A DNA stretch of 64,000 nucleotides from assembly GCA_964019335.1 (NCBI GenBank), contig OZ025649.1, forward strand, positions 434,001 to 498,000, written 5' to 3'. The DNA comes from Diplonema japonicum (lineage: Eukaryota > Protista > Euglenozoa: Diplonemea). The translations under genes and the position numbers were made by a program. This document shows, in pieces, positions 23,158-35,700 of the stretch (its first letter is position 1; the number at the start of each line of letters is the position of its first letter). A model generated the notes under the pieces. The model ran no database searches. It saw only the letters and a list, made by a program, of their open reading frames with translations, and was not told where the DNA came from.

Positions 23158-25023
23158 ATGAAAAAAAGACACCTCAAGCCGCTTCCGGCAGAGAAAAGAA
23201 AACTGCGGTGTCCGGAGAATGCTGCCGGGCTGGCTGCCTTGAGCTGTGGCAGGGATTTGATGGGATTCTACGAAACATGGCCACACAAAGGAAACTCAAG
23301 GCCAGTACTACTGGTCTTCGTTGAAGAATTGCTAGAGAACGGGTTGGCGAAGGTGGGACGCAGCCACAGTGTTCCTGGGGTACCAACTCGGACCTTAAGG
23401 TTTGATGGTAAATCAGATGAACTTGACAAAAAAACCTTATCTGATTTCTATGACGAAACAGAGAGAGCTGCAGGCACAACCGGCACCAACCTCCTTAAGT
23501 ACAGATCAGACCGTGTGACTGTTTTTTGCAACGCTCTCGCAACTCTCGCAACAGGCTTTCGTTCCTACCGCCGTATTCTCATGTGGTGTGCTGCAGAGAT
23601 AGAACTATACCGCGCTGCCACTGCACGGTTTCTTGAAGAAGGCGCGGGTCTCATCCTTAACTTCCAAGCACAGAAGGATTCATTCAACACAAAGCTTTCT
23701 TCCCTCTCACGCGAAGCCGATGACAAGGTTCGCATCCTGCAAGACGAGGTCCACCGCCTCAACACTCTCCTCAAAGCCGAGAAACAAAAAATCATCGACA
23801 TCAACGAGCACAGCACACAAGAGCAGCTCCAGTCCACCAGATGCGTTGAAGCTGTCGAACAAGCGGAACAGGCAAATATGCACCTCGTCGAGCGCATCCG
23901 GAAGCTTGAAAAGATCGTCACGCAGCCCCTCCCAGAGCACATCACGCGGAAGCTTGCCGATCTTGAAAGCAACGTGCGGGAAAAGGACAGCGTCATCTCG
24001 AAGCTAAACAGAGACCTCCGGGTGGCCAACACGGAAATCATGAACTTCAAAAGCAAGAGGACATCGTACACCCCACGACCGCAGTGGGGGCCTGAACATG
24101 AAACCACTACAAGAGAAGCTGTCAGAAGCCTACAAGACGAACTGGCTGTGCTCCGCTCCACATACCTGACAGGGTTCACTAGCTGCACGATGCTGCGATC
24201 TGTTCCGCTGCAGGAATGGATACCCCCCTTGGGTGTTGGCTGCGTGTACGTGCCTACGTGTCTACACACATCGCAACCTGTAAAAAACACGTTCATGTGT
24301 AAGGAGATAGCCCTGTCGATAGCAAGTGAAGTGTGGGAGAAACGGGCGGATGACACATCCCGAAGCACTGCACTTGGCGACTTCTACTTGGCGTTCATCA
24401 CGTCGAAGCATCCCAAGACACATGTGGAGGTGACGTACAACTTAGTAGCTACCCTGCAAGAGTCTTCAGGGGATCAGGCATGCAAGCTGTTCTTAGCATG
24501 CTTGTTGGGAGAAGTGAGCGAGTCGGTTTATTGGAAGCAGGAAGGGGAGTTGAAAAGTCTTGAGATCGAGATAGAAAAGCTTGAGGAAGGCAATGAAGGT
24601 AAAGTGTGCAGGGAAGCACTTGCGGTTTTGGTGGAGGAGAAGTACGGAGTGCAAATGAAGAAGGAGCTAGAGTATGACATGGAGTGTTGCTTTGGGTGTG
24701 AGGAAGAGAAGGTCGCCTGGAGGGAGGTGCTCAGTGCACCGGACTCCCGGATGGTGGAATGCATCAGACATAATGTCCAGGCAGAGTTCGACACTGCCCT
24801 TGGCAGCATCGAGGCTTCTATCCTCCGCACTGGCCTGATGACGATCTCGAGGAAAGCGTTTGAGTGCGCGCTCAGCACCACCACACCCGCCCTCCCTCGC
24901 AAAGTAGTTACCCATGCCACTGCCCACGTGTTCGATTTTCCCTCCCCTTCGACGTCCCTCCCGGTGTTCAAGGCTATTCAACTTCTTCGGCGATGGCTAT
25001 TTGCCTCACAGGATTTCGAATAA
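23158..25023 (+). CDS. TSNAXIP1-like coiled-coil protein
   Basis: RVTVFCNAL..FRSYRRIL, TPRPQW, VPTCLH..PVKN..K...EVWEKR and CKLFLACLLGEVSESVY match TSNAXIP1-family motifs. Confidence 0.65.
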   Translation: MKKRHLKPLPAEKRKLRCPENAAGLAALSCGRDLMGFYETWPHKGNSRPVLLVFVEELLENGLAKVGRSHSVPGVPTRTLRFDGKSDELDKKTLSDFYDETERAAGTTGTNLLKYRSDRVTVFCNALATLATGFRSYRRILMWCAAEIELYRAATARFLEEGAGLILNFQAQKDSFNTKLSSLSREADDKVRILQDEVHRLNTLLKAEKQKIIDINEHSTQEQLQSTRCVEAVEQAEQANMHLVERIRKLEKIVTQPLPEHITRKLADLESNVREKDSVISKLNRDLRVANTEIMNFKSKRTSYTPRPQWGPEHETTTREAVRSLQDELAVLRSTYLTGFTSCTMLRSVPLQEWIPPLGVGCVYVPTCLHTSQPVKNTFMCKEIALSIASEVWEKRADDTSRSTALGDFYLAFITSKHPKTHVEVTYNLVATLQESSGDQACKLFLACLLGEVSESVYWKQEGELKSLEIEIEKLEEGNEGKVCREALAVLVEEKYGVQMKKELEYDMECCFGCEEEKVAWREVLSAPDSRMVECIRHNVQAEFDTALGSIEASILRTGLMTISRKAFECALSTTTPALPRKVVTHATAHVFDFPSPSTSLPVFKAIQLLRRWLFASQDFE

Positions 25024-25359
25024 AACATGGGGGAACGCCCTTTTACAAGTGCGTGATGTCATGCTTATGGTTTTCTTCTTCTTCTTTTTTTTTCTCTTTT
25101 TTCGAAGATGCTTTTTTTTCTCTGCTCAGTAAAACAAAAAATATCGCGTTAAAACAAAAAAAAGGAGGGAGGTGGCGGGAGGGAGAGGGGAGGCGTCCTG
25201 AGGGGACACCTTAATTCGGGAGGAAAAAAAAAAGAGAAAAAAAACCACACACGAAAAGAAATATAGCAGCGAACCCAACGTGGAATAAGAAGAATAAGAT
25301 ACAGTTAGACAGAAAAAGAAGAAATAAATAGAAATAGACTTTTTCCGCACTTTAGAAGA

Positions 25360-27154
25360 ATGGATTACGACACGTTCCGGGCCCAAGTGGCAGCGGATTT
25401 GTTCGGGGCGAAGGAGAATTTGTATGTGAAATTTGAAAACAGCCTACCTTCGAGCATACAAGAGCTGGAAGAGGAAGTGAAAAGGGTATACCAAGCAGAG
25501 GTAAGGGCAGCGTGTCCAAGGGGAGTGAGTGCGCCCATTTTTGAAATTGAGTACATGCAATATTTCGAGGACGGTGAGTGGATAGACCTAGTCAGTGTCG
25601 GGCAGCTGTACCAAGATATGCAAATCTTTGTGTTCCAGCCCAGGACAAGTATTCACAGTGATAATCAAGATCTCATACCAGTAGCGAAGGAGCCTGTGTG
25701 CAAGGCTAATCTGAAGATGTCTCGTGCGATGCCTGCCCCGAGGCAGGCTAAGCCGGCCATTGATGTTGAAGAAGTCTTCACTGTCCTTGACAGGGATAAC
25801 CGAGGCGGGATCGTTCTAGAGGACATCAGAGACTGCTTCCAGCAACTCGGTGTTGACTTGTCATCCACCACCGTCGCCTCCCTCTTCGGACTGCCTCCTC
25901 CCGAAAGCGAGGATGCTCTCGACGATCGCACCATCACTTTTGAAGACCTCCGCATATTCTCCACCAGCCACCCTTCACTCATGTCCGCCATCCAGCAACA
26001 CATCATCGACCCCACCATGACCGAGCCGGACCTCGTCATGGCCGACATCGTCAGCGACCAGCAGAAGAAGCTCGACATGCTCCAAAAGGCACACAAGGAA
26101 GCCCTCTCCCGGAAGCAAAAGGAATCCATCCAACGCCTCACCAAAGGCAAGAGCAGCAAGATCACTGAATCTGAAATAAACAATCCCAAGCCTGCTACTA
26201 CCAAGAGGGAGCCCGTCAAACGCCAACCGTCAGTTGCAAAGCACAGAAGCACCTCTCCGGCTGTCACTAAGTATGGGAGGGGAAAAAATAATTATCCATT
26301 CCCATCTAGAAAACCTACTTCTCAGAACGCTTTCGGGCGGTCTGTCACACAGCACACGGCGAGTACTGCGAAGAAGAAGAAACCAGCGTCGACACGCACA
26401 GGGACTCCTACTCGCGGTACAAGGCAAAGCACCGGGGCAGTGAAGCCACAAGGGGATTCAAACAGGCCTGGGGAGATGGGCAGAATGGGGTACTCAGCAG
26501 TACCGGGAACCATGTTTGAGAGGTATGCACATGTAACACCACAATACGCTTAACAGGCGGAAGAGTATGAGCCCTAGGAGGAACACAAAAGCAGTGGAGA
26601 TAGAAAGCCCTCGGAAGATGGAGGAACCGGCTGTTGCGATGCCCAGCACAGAGGCGTACATGGCTATGGAAGAGCAGATGAATTGGACGGGTCAACAACG
26701 AGTGGAAACCGTGCTACAGGCGGCACCGGTAGCACCACCACCATCACCGCCGCCACCACAGGTCTCTGTAGTACCGCAGACAGCTCCCGCGGCTCATGCG
26801 CTGACGCAGATCGAACTGCTGAGGAGGGGGCATCAGTCCCCGACCTATGTCAGGGATGTCTCAGTGTCGCAAGCACCTTCTACCGCGATCCTCTCGCCAG
26901 GAGGTAGCAGCATCCCTCTTCCTGTAGCAGCTCCTCCAGTGCAAGCAGTGCTTCCTTTGCAGCTTCTTGACGATCCAAGCACGCTTCCCCCTCCTCGCTC
27001 AGTTTCTCACTCTATCCCCCTCCCCTCTCCATCTCCTGCGTACCAGCCCTCTTTGACTCCTTACCAGCACTCCGCCACGCCTGCCTCCCCCATATCAGGG
27101 AGCACTAGGCGGTGGTACCCGAACCTTGTATCTCCCGCCATGCACGGCGTGTGA
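25360..27154 (+). CDS. BILBO1-family protein (BILBO1-type N-terminal domain + EF-hand + Pro/Ser-rich tail; 2 exons)
   Basis: FRAQVAADLFGAKENL...SIQEL...WIDLVSVGQLYQDMQIFVFQP..H..NQDLIP closely parallels the trypanosome BILBO1 NTD. EF-hand DRDNRGGIVLED. Intron 26523-26556 joins the 26567 ORF in frame. Confidence 0.8.
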
Positions 27155-27582
27155 TACTCCCGAGGGAGAAGAGAGAAGTTGTTGTTATTATTTGTTTTTA
27201 AACTGTTGTTGCTTTTTTTTTTTACCTCCTGTTGTTTTTATGATCCCCCCCCCTCTGTTTTTCTTCTTCCCCTTCTCCCTGCTAGCTCTTCCACGCCTTT
27301 CCAACGGTGTTTGAAAAAGGAAAAAAAAAAAAAAAAAGAGCACGGAAAAGGGGGGGGAAACGGGGGGAAACCGATACCTTTAGATAAAAAGAAATGTAGA
27401 TTCTTTTTTTCTCCCCCCCCCCCCGCTTCCCATGTTTGAACCCTTACTCCCCTTCCCCCCCCCCCCCCCCCCAATATACCCATTGTCCCCATCTTTTTTT
27501 TTCTTCTCTTTTTTTTTCTTTTTTACCGGTTTTTTTTTGAAGTTTTTTTTTTTCAAAGAGCCATATATATGAGGGCGCTCCA

Positions 27583-28571
27583 ATGGCGTCTTCTTTGGTA
27601 TATGAGATGCTGACGGAGGGGCATTGCAAGGTACTGTGCAGTTTAGATGACAGTGAGAATGTGAAGCGATACATCTCAGAGCACGTCGAAGCGTGGGTGA
27701 CGGGGGACGGGCCGTGGTGCGTGCCTGAGAAAGAGCGAATACTGTACGAGGCGCAAGGGAGACGCGACACTGTTGCCGAGATGGTGCTACACATGATACT
27801 GATGTGCTGGAGAGAAGAGTTCAACAACGAGAAGCTCTCCTCAGCAGTGTCGATCCTGTGGGTCACACACTTAACGTCTATGAGCAGGCGGTACACAATG
27901 GAAGAGGCTGCCAAGTTCTGTCACGAGCTGGTATGAAGTTTTAAAAAAAGGAAGAAGAAAAAAGGAAAAAAAAAAACAGCTTGTGGTGCACTCTGTTGAC
28001 CGTCCACCAAAATCGATTCTTCTCTTCAACCTCTACGATGTCAAGGCGATCCATAACTATATACTTACAACGTATCTTCGCCATTACCTTCTCTACCTCC
28101 ATACTTTTTCGATTCCTGTTTCGCTGTCTGTTCGGGCCGTGACTCAGAAGAATGTCGTCCCCTCCCCGCCCCCCTTCAGGCCTTTGAGGTTCGCCAAGGA
28201 AGTGTGCGAACAGCGTCAGATGACCCCCAGCAACGACGGTCTTGAGGACAGCCGCAAGCTCGCCGAAGACGTTGCGGGCACCCCCTCACCGGTGCCGTCT
28301 CCTCGTAACAAGAGCAACTCCGCTGAATGCAGCCTCACGAAACTGCCTGAGGAACAGTCGGCCGTCGCAGCTCAAAACCACCCAGCAGGCCTCAAACACC
28401 AGCTGCAGGCCATCACAGACGAAGTCGCCACCCTGTCAGCTGCAAAGCTTGATGAGCTTGAAACTCGGGTATGTAACAAGATAGGGGGGAAACAAATCCA
28501 CGCAGATCCAAATCCTTGAAGCGAAAAACGTTGAGCACAGAGAGAAGTTCGCCAAGGGGAAGAAGAAATAA
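27583..28571 (+). CDS. Flagellar central-pair C1a-32 / CFAP119-like protein (3 exons)
   Basis: HSVDRPPKSILLF...DVKAIHNYILTTYLRHYLLY motif. Introns 27931-27979 and 28469-28505; stop TAA 28569-28571. Confidence 0.8.
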
Positions 28572-28690
28572 GACGAGGGGAAATGAAACCCCCGCAAATG
28601 TGAATACAAAAGAAGAAGAAAGAAAAGACACAGTTAGTTTTCATTTGTCGTGCTTTGTTCACATGCTTTGTAGGTGGACCATATAAGAAA

Positions 28691-29914
28691 ATGCCGCGGT
28701 TCATCCTGACCACGAACTCAAAGGGGGTGGTGAAGAAGGTGGCCACCCAGTTGCGGAACATGGGGGTCCCGGAGGGCGCCATAGAAGCGGTTGTCACGGA
28801 GCAGAAGATAGTTGTGAACATAGAACGAGAGAACTTTGAATACCTGCACTGCATACAGCACGTAGAGCGTGTCATGATAGAGGTGAAAGTGGGCGACGCT
28901 GGAAAGGTGTGGGAGGAAAAGGGTAAGGTAGCTAAGTTCACAGCTGCGGCTGACTTCAGCTTGCCGTTGCTAGTGTGGAGGGACATACACCATAGGGAGC
29001 CGAAGTCGTGGACGCTCGACGCGAAGAAGCGGGCAGCGAAGCACACTCCTTTGCACGAAGCCTCCAAGATCCTCCTTCAAGACCAAGCACGCAAAGGGCT
29101 TCACGAGTCCCTGACCTCCACGCACGGGATAGAGCACAGCCCGAAGTCCCCCGATATCCTCGTCTATCTTCACATCACCGAGAAGACGCTCCTCCTCACC
29201 ATCCCCGTCCTCAGTAAGAGGCAGGACCCACCATCGTTGCGGGTCTCGAAGGGACTGCACCACACCGTTGCATGGGGCGTAGCACGGACTGCTTGCCTGC
29301 TGCCGGGAGAATGGGTGCTTGACCCCTGTGTTGGAAAGGGGGGCCTCATACTCGAGTCGGAGTCCTGGTGGCCTGCCTGCAAGTATGTCGGTGTCGACAA
29401 CGACGCCGAACAGCTAGCGCATGCAGCGGAGAATCTGAAAATCAACAACAGCAAAGCTGCCATCATGCACGGTTCATGTACCAAGCTCCCCTTCCGGCCG
29501 TGCTTTGACGTGGTCATCAGTGATCTTCCTTTCGGAAGGTCATGCGGCACACCAGAAGGCAACAAAGCTTTATACCCTGCACTCCTCGCATCGCTTAACT
29601 CGTCGATGACAGACTCAGGCCGCGCTGTGCTTCTCACAGGGGAGGAGTCAGCAGACACACTCCAAGCTGCCCTGGAAAGCAGCGGGTTCATCACAGTAGG
29701 GACTGCGGTGTTCCAGTTCGGTGGAAACAAGAATAAGCTCCAATGTTACATGTTCTCTGCCGTGAAGAAGACGCACCCCGACAAAGACCGTGCTGACGTC
29801 TTGAAGTCTCTCTTCGACTGGAGATTTGCGGAGAAGTTGAAACAAAACAAAGACCACAGCTGGCGGAACGAGAAGCCCTCGATGGTGCCCTACAGGGCAA
29901 AGGCACACGTGTAG
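28691..29914 (+). CDS. THUMPD2/3-like class I SAM-dependent RNA methyltransferase
   Basis: VLDPCVGKGG (motif I), GVDND, FDVVISDLPFG (motif IV), preceded by a THUMP-like region. Confidence 0.8.
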   Translation: MPRFILTTNSKGVVKKVATQLRNMGVPEGAIEAVVTEQKIVVNIERENFEYLHCIQHVERVMIEVKVGDAGKVWEEKGKVAKFTAAADFSLPLLVWRDIHHREPKSWTLDAKKRAAKHTPLHEASKILLQDQARKGLHESLTSTHGIEHSPKSPDILVYLHITEKTLLLTIPVLSKRQDPPSLRVSKGLHHTVAWGVARTACLLPGEWVLDPCVGKGGLILESESWWPACKYVGVDNDAEQLAHAAENLKINNSKAAIMHGSCTKLPFRPCFDVVISDLPFGRSCGTPEGNKALYPALLASLNSSMTDSGRAVLLTGEESADTLQAALESSGFITVGTAVFQFGGNKNKLQCYMFSAVKKTHPDKDRADVLKSLFDWRFAEKLKQNKDHSWRNEKPSMVPYRAKAHV

Positions 29915-29978
29915 GGCGGTTGTTATTCATTTAAATCTGCTAATTTGCGAACCACACCACAGGAACTGGGGGGCTGCA

Positions 29979-32342
29979 ATGAGCCTCATGCAAGCTGCTG
30001 ACAGCTTTGCTAAGGAGATGGAACGGGCGCTGGACTCAAAATCAGACTCCACACACACACAGTCAACACCGGGTATTGGGAGTGGGACCAGCTCGTTCGA
30101 TGAGTTCAGCTCTGAAGAGGTTTCCAGCAGTGACATGACACATGCACGTGAAGACGAGGCCCTCTTGCAACAAGCTTTGGACGCTGCAAAGCTGAATGCT
30201 AAAATCGCTTCATGCGAAAAAACAAATAATGAAATACACTCGCGCCTCATAGTCACGGAGGAGCAGCTCAAGCAGTCCACGTCTCGTTGTGTGGTCCTCA
30301 AGGACGAGCTGGCACAGCTGCGATCGGAAAAACTGGCAATGGAGTCTGCGTACAAAAACCGGGAAGAGAAAATGGCACACATCACGGAAGAGACAAGGAC
30401 ACGACTGGAGAAGATCGAACGGGAAGACCACCTGTTCAGGGAAAACATCAAAGACACCATCCACCAGCAGCTGTTTATTGGGAAGGAAACAGGTGCTGTC
30501 CTGGCTGCGAGGAGACCCGAGAACCTCGATTTGATTGAGTACATACAACTTACTGTGCACAACAAGATATCGGAGCGGTACAAAACCATCGAAGAAGACT
30601 CTCAGCAGCTCACGGAAATCGTGAGGGACCTGGAGCGTGCAAGAAGTGAGGTATCGCGGTTGGGGAACTTACTAGAAGATGAACGGGAGAAGTGTAGGCA
30701 GATGGAAGCGGACAGCGGCAGGAAGACCAGTAGGTACGAGGAAAAGATACAACGGCTGGAGTCTGAGCTAGATGGTATCTTGAACCAGATGGAGGCAGAC
30801 AGGGAGACGACAAGGAATGCTTTCAAGATAAAAGAAGATCTCGTGGTGTGTCGTGAGCAGATTGTGTCGCTGGAGACAGAGAACGTTGAATTGGGGAAGA
30901 AGGTCCAGCTGCTTGAGAAGAGCCTCGACAAGGCAAAGAACAATCTCGATACCGACGTCGAAAAGGCGAAACATGCAACCACAGAGATGCGGTACCTCAC
31001 AAGGGAGAACGAGACACTGTCCAGCAGGGTGAAGGTGTTGGAAGAGGAGAAACAGCACGCAGGGGACAGATCAAAGGCACTCCAGGAACAACATGCAGAG
31101 AACCTCGACAAGTACAGCAAAGACCTCCTCGACGTGCGTGAGAGGCATGACGAGAGGTTACGTGTGGAAGCTGAGAAGATTCAAGAGAACGCAACGAAAG
31201 AAATCAAGCGGATACGAGAACACACGCAGGCACTGGCCGACCGCGAAAACTCCCAGCTAAAAACAGAAAAAGAGCTTGCAGTCCAAGAGGCAGACAGAGC
31301 AAACAGGAAAGCGCAGGAGGCAGAAGGTGAGCTGAAGCAGTATCGCATTGAATACAAAATGACAGAAGAGGCCTTGAAGACAGAGGTTGCCACGCTCCGT
31401 GCTGATCTGCGAGTCAAGAGTCTAGAGGCGCAGCAGCTTCAAGTGATTCGTGACCAGCAGGAAAGCACAATGCACCACCTACACATGGAAGCCGAGTGCA
31501 CGCAAAAGAAACTGGACACGCTAAAGGCCGAGTTTTATGAGTTGCAGATGCAGAACAGCAGGTCAACAGGAGAGCTGCAGGCACGCATCTCGGGATATAA
31601 AGAACAGTTGAAGATATACGAGGACCTTGAAGCGGAGTGCGATAATGCTATTGAGCAGACAGGCAGGCAGCTCCAGGGGGAAGGGCATTCGGGGAGGGCT
31701 GCTACTATTTTGAACCAAGTGCCTTCTAGCTCGGGGAGGAGGATTCAGCAGAGCTTGCTACTGGCCCAGCGCGCGATGAAGTTGGAGACAGAGATCTTGT
31801 CTTTGAATGAGCAGCTGACAGGGAAAATTGATATGGAAAACGGTCTGCGGGCGGAGCTGAACAGAGTGAAGGGGGTCATGGGCAACCAGGGACAGCCGTA
31901 TCAGTACTTCGTCGACACATTGGAGAGGAAGGACGCGGAGATCGAGAGTCTGAAGAGGGAAGCGACGGGGAAGAGAGTGGACACCACGATGGACGAACAG
32001 GAGAGGGAGGAAAACAACAGGCTGCGAGAGGTGGTGTCGTCCCTGTCGATGCAGCTGGAGACGCTCAAGCAGCAGCGAGATGACCTGAGCAAGCTTCTGC
32101 AAGAACACCTGGAGGCCTCCAAGAAGCACAGACGGCACGAACGAGAAAAGACCTCCTCACGTGAGTCACACACGCAAATGCGGCGACGGTCCACTCAGCA
32201 AGGCCCCATCAGACAGGAGAAGGCCTTGAGGTTCGAACCCCCTCCAGTACACGGCCGCCACACCCCACCTCCGGTCCCCGAAGCACACCCCCAAGTAGAG
32301 GGCACTTCGGTCTTCACGCAGCCTTTCCTCATCTCCGCTTAA
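29979..32342 (+). CDS. PIBF1: PIBF1/CEP90-like centriolar coiled-coil protein
   Basis: LKIYEDLEAECD, VPSSSGRRIQQSLLLAQRAMKLE and QPYQYFVDTLERKDAEI match conserved PIBF1 C-terminal motifs. Confidence 0.75.
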   Translation: MSLMQAADSFAKEMERALDSKSDSTHTQSTPGIGSGTSSFDEFSSEEVSSSDMTHAREDEALLQQALDAAKLNAKIASCEKTNNEIHSRLIVTEEQLKQSTSRCVVLKDELAQLRSEKLAMESAYKNREEKMAHITEETRTRLEKIEREDHLFRENIKDTIHQQLFIGKETGAVLAARRPENLDLIEYIQLTVHNKISERYKTIEEDSQQLTEIVRDLERARSEVSRLGNLLEDEREKCRQMEADSGRKTSRYEEKIQRLESELDGILNQMEADRETTRNAFKIKEDLVVCREQIVSLETENVELGKKVQLLEKSLDKAKNNLDTDVEKAKHATTEMRYLTRENETLSSRVKVLEEEKQHAGDRSKALQEQHAENLDKYSKDLLDVRERHDERLRVEAEKIQENATKEIKRIREHTQALADRENSQLKTEKELAVQEADRANRKAQEAEGELKQYRIEYKMTEEALKTEVATLRADLRVKSLEAQQLQVIRDQQESTMHHLHMEAECTQKKLDTLKAEFYELQMQNSRSTGELQARISGYKEQLKIYEDLEAECDNAIEQTGRQLQGEGHSGRAATILNQVPSSSGRRIQQSLLLAQRAMKLETEILSLNEQLTGKIDMENGLRAELNRVKGVMGNQGQPYQYFVDTLERKDAEIESLKREATGKRVDTTMDEQEREENNRLREVVSSLSMQLETLKQQRDDLSKLLQEHLEASKKHRRHEREKTSSRESHTQMRRRSTQQGPIRQEKALRFEPPPVHGRHTPPPVPEAHPQVEGTSVFTQPFLISA

Positions 32343-32738
32343 CTTCTTCCTTCGTTTTTAAGAGCGGTGTTTATAGACATCAAAGTGAACTAGTTAGAAT
32401 TTTTAGATTTTTTTCCCTTTTACTCCCCCTCCCCAACTAATTTTCTTCTTTTTTTGTGATTATTGCACCTGAATCGAAAGAGCGCGAAGAAAGAACGAGA
32501 ATCTATGAGAGTGAAAAAAAAATGTACCTTCGGTGCATGGTGCGTCGCCATACGGCAATTTGCAGTAGTTCCCACCCTCTTTTTTCGTCTCTCCCCCTTT
32601 TTTGTGTGTTTATTTTCTCGTCCGATTTTAAAAAAAAAACCGGGGGTTATTGCCTACAGTCAACCCCCTCTCCAGTAGACCTAGAACAAGGGGGAAAATG
32701 CTAACAAGCAAAGCTTGAGCACTCACGAAACGCGCGAC

Positions 32739-35700
32739 ATGATGCAGGGAGAGTTGGGGGAGATGAAGCAGAAGCACCAGGAGCTGGTCGGTGCAGGTGC
32801 AAGGTATAGAACCGAGGTAGAAACATTGATCGCGAGTTTGCACGAAGATATACAAAATAAAGACCTAGAAATACAGCGGCTAGGGATGGTGGACCCGCCA
32901 GGCATAAACAGCTGTGACACTGTGGTAGAGGAGGGGTTCGGGCCGGGGGCGGGAACAACCAGCCTCCATCCTCCCATCACAGCGACAGATGCAAGCACCC
33001 AAGCTGACCTTGGAGACCAAGCCCACAGTAGTGTAGTAGGAAGGGTACTTGGGCTCGTTGAAGAACGCAAAGCTGATATCAAAACAATCTCAGAACTCCA
33101 ACACAAGCTTGACCGGCAATCACAGTCCAACCGTGGCCATAGTGATAACTACCAGAGTCTCCTCAAAACCGTCCAGCAGCAGCGGGAAGCCATTGCCCTG
33201 CAGTACCAAAAGCAGGCAGACTCCCTCGAAGCATCTCACGTCAAGAAACTCGAAGCTCTGCAAACCAAGCTGACACGAACCAGCACTGAGCTCAACCTTA
33301 TCAAGTTAAAACTCGCTCAAACCGAAGCCGTGCTGCGGAAAACCGAAGAACAACTGGAAGCTACTTATGTCGTGACCCAAACATCTCCCACCACTGACCT
33401 TCAGCTCCTTGCAACCGAGAACTATTGCATGGAGAAGGAGGCTCCTGTGACCCCTCCCGCCATATTCGCTATGCCGCCCGAGCCTTTCATCGACCACCGG
33501 AAGATGGCCGAAATAGAAGAGAAACAGAAGAAAGAGGAAGAACTGCATAAAAAAAAAGAAGAATCGCATAAAAAAGAGTTGCAACAGCTGAACAGTGTCA
33601 TCCAGAACAGTTCACGAGCGCAAGAAGAGCTGCAAGTGAAGGTAGCTTCTTTGGAGGCGGCTTTAGAGGCTGCCAACAACGAATTAAGTGATTCACACGA
33701 TACAGAAGCAGAGCTTGTTAAAGAGCTCAAAGAGGCTAAGCACATGATTGCGAAGAAGAATGACGACGCTAAAGCGTTTGAGAACATGAGCATAGACAGG
33801 TCTAAAACTATTGCGTCTCTGCAGGGCATAAAGGAAGACCTGAATGCAAGTATCAAAGCGTTGCGTCTTCGCCTCCTGACAGCCGAAACCGACCTCGTGC
33901 AGAAGGGAGAGGCAGCCACTGTGACGCGACTTGCGGCGTGCAAAGCAATCCACAGCGCTACGCTGCACAGGACCTTCTCTAACCACTTTCGCAAGCTGGC
34001 CCTCTATACTGAAGTACTGCGGCACAGCAGAGTGCAACAGAGATATCAAGAGTGCAGGTTTGCCGTTGCTGACCTTACCAGCAGGTGCACCGCCGCAGAG
34101 GTGATGCATGCAAACAAGGACACCCAGGTACGTGCCCTTGCCTCAGAGCTGAAGGCAGTCTACTCGGAGAAGGAAGATACACAGCAGCAGCTAGTTGCAG
34201 CGAAGGAGAAAGCGAGTCAGCACAAGAGGAACTATCGGTCTTTGGCGAAGCACTTGAAGCAAAAAGCAGCTAGGTGCATGTTCCAGTTGACAGAGCACCT
34301 CACAATGCTGATGGCGTACAGATTGTGGTTCGCGTGGCGTGCACACCAACGACGGCAGAAAGCTACTTCCAAACACGGCTCCTTGTCCGCAGTAGCGAGT
34401 GTCCATGGTGACGGCGAGGCTGCAGAACGTTTGCATATTGTCTATGAGTACTCAGCAGAGTGGCATGATATCTACGAAAAGCGCGACCTCTCTCTCAGAG
34501 CATTTGACAAAACGGAAACAGTAAACATGAAGGAGAGACTGCTAACTGAACGTGGCAAGGCAGAGGCAGGCAGGGCGCTGCTTGAGCGGGAACACAACGA
34601 CGTCGTAGTGAAGTTCACGAGGGCGATTGCCGGGCACAGAGAAAGGCTGGCGGAAGGTCATGCTGCAGCACGGTTCAACGCAGTGCGGAACAACTGCTTA
34701 CGCAAGCTGGGCGCACACGCAGTGATGGTGAAGAGCCAGAGGGCGAGGGAACGAGAAAAAGCAACTGCAAAGAAAGCCTTGGAAAGGGCTGCTGGTGAAC
34801 TCAACGCCATCGATTTGAAGGCAAAGGAGGAAGATCTAAAGGCGAAGGCTGCACTGCTGCTAAAGGTGATCGTCAACTCTGAAGTCGCGCTTCAAGCTCG
34901 GTACTGGAAAAACCTAATTAGCTTTGCCGCCATGCAGCGCCACAACAGGGCGTACGAAGAGATGGTAATAGAGAAAGCACGGGTACTGTCGAGAGAGAAA
35001 TCTATGAACACTAAACATAGCGAGTGCTTGTCAGCCTGCAACAATGTAGCCGTCATGTTCAAATACTACCATGCTCTCAGTGTCAACGCCCTAAAGGCTG
35101 AAGGTGCTCGGAATTTGAAGCGTTGCAGGCGCCGATGCGCTGGCGTGTTGCGAAGCCAAACAGCGCTCGGTGTGTTGGGGCGCTGTTACCACAAGTGGGG
35201 AATGCTAGTTAACAGTCGCAGTGACAAGGAAATGGATCAGCCTGAGGCAGAACCGCCGGTGTCTGTGGTGTTACCTGTGAAGCCTGAAAAGCCCGTTGTT
35301 ACGACCGCTGAAGTTCGGACGCAGTATCAAAACATGGTTAGCTCTGAGCGGACAAACTTACGGAGAGTGGCTGTGATGGTGAGATGGCTAGCGGCCTCGC
35401 GGGAAACAGGGAAGAAAGAGATGGCCAAGCTGCGTGAGCAGATGGGATTGACGAGAACAAGATGCGATGAACAACGAGCCGAGTTGAATAAAGCAAGACA
35501 GCTGTCGAAACGTATTGCACAGATGCAGAGCATCCTGGACGAAGCCACACAAGAGCGGGCTGCAGCACAAGCAGCAAACGACGACTTGCAGACAATGGCC
35601 GCCGCACAGGAAATAGAAGTCCAAAAAGTGCTGAAGATATTCAGGTACAACCAAGCACAGTGCGTAGAACTGGGCAACAACCTGTCTACCTTAGAGCGGT

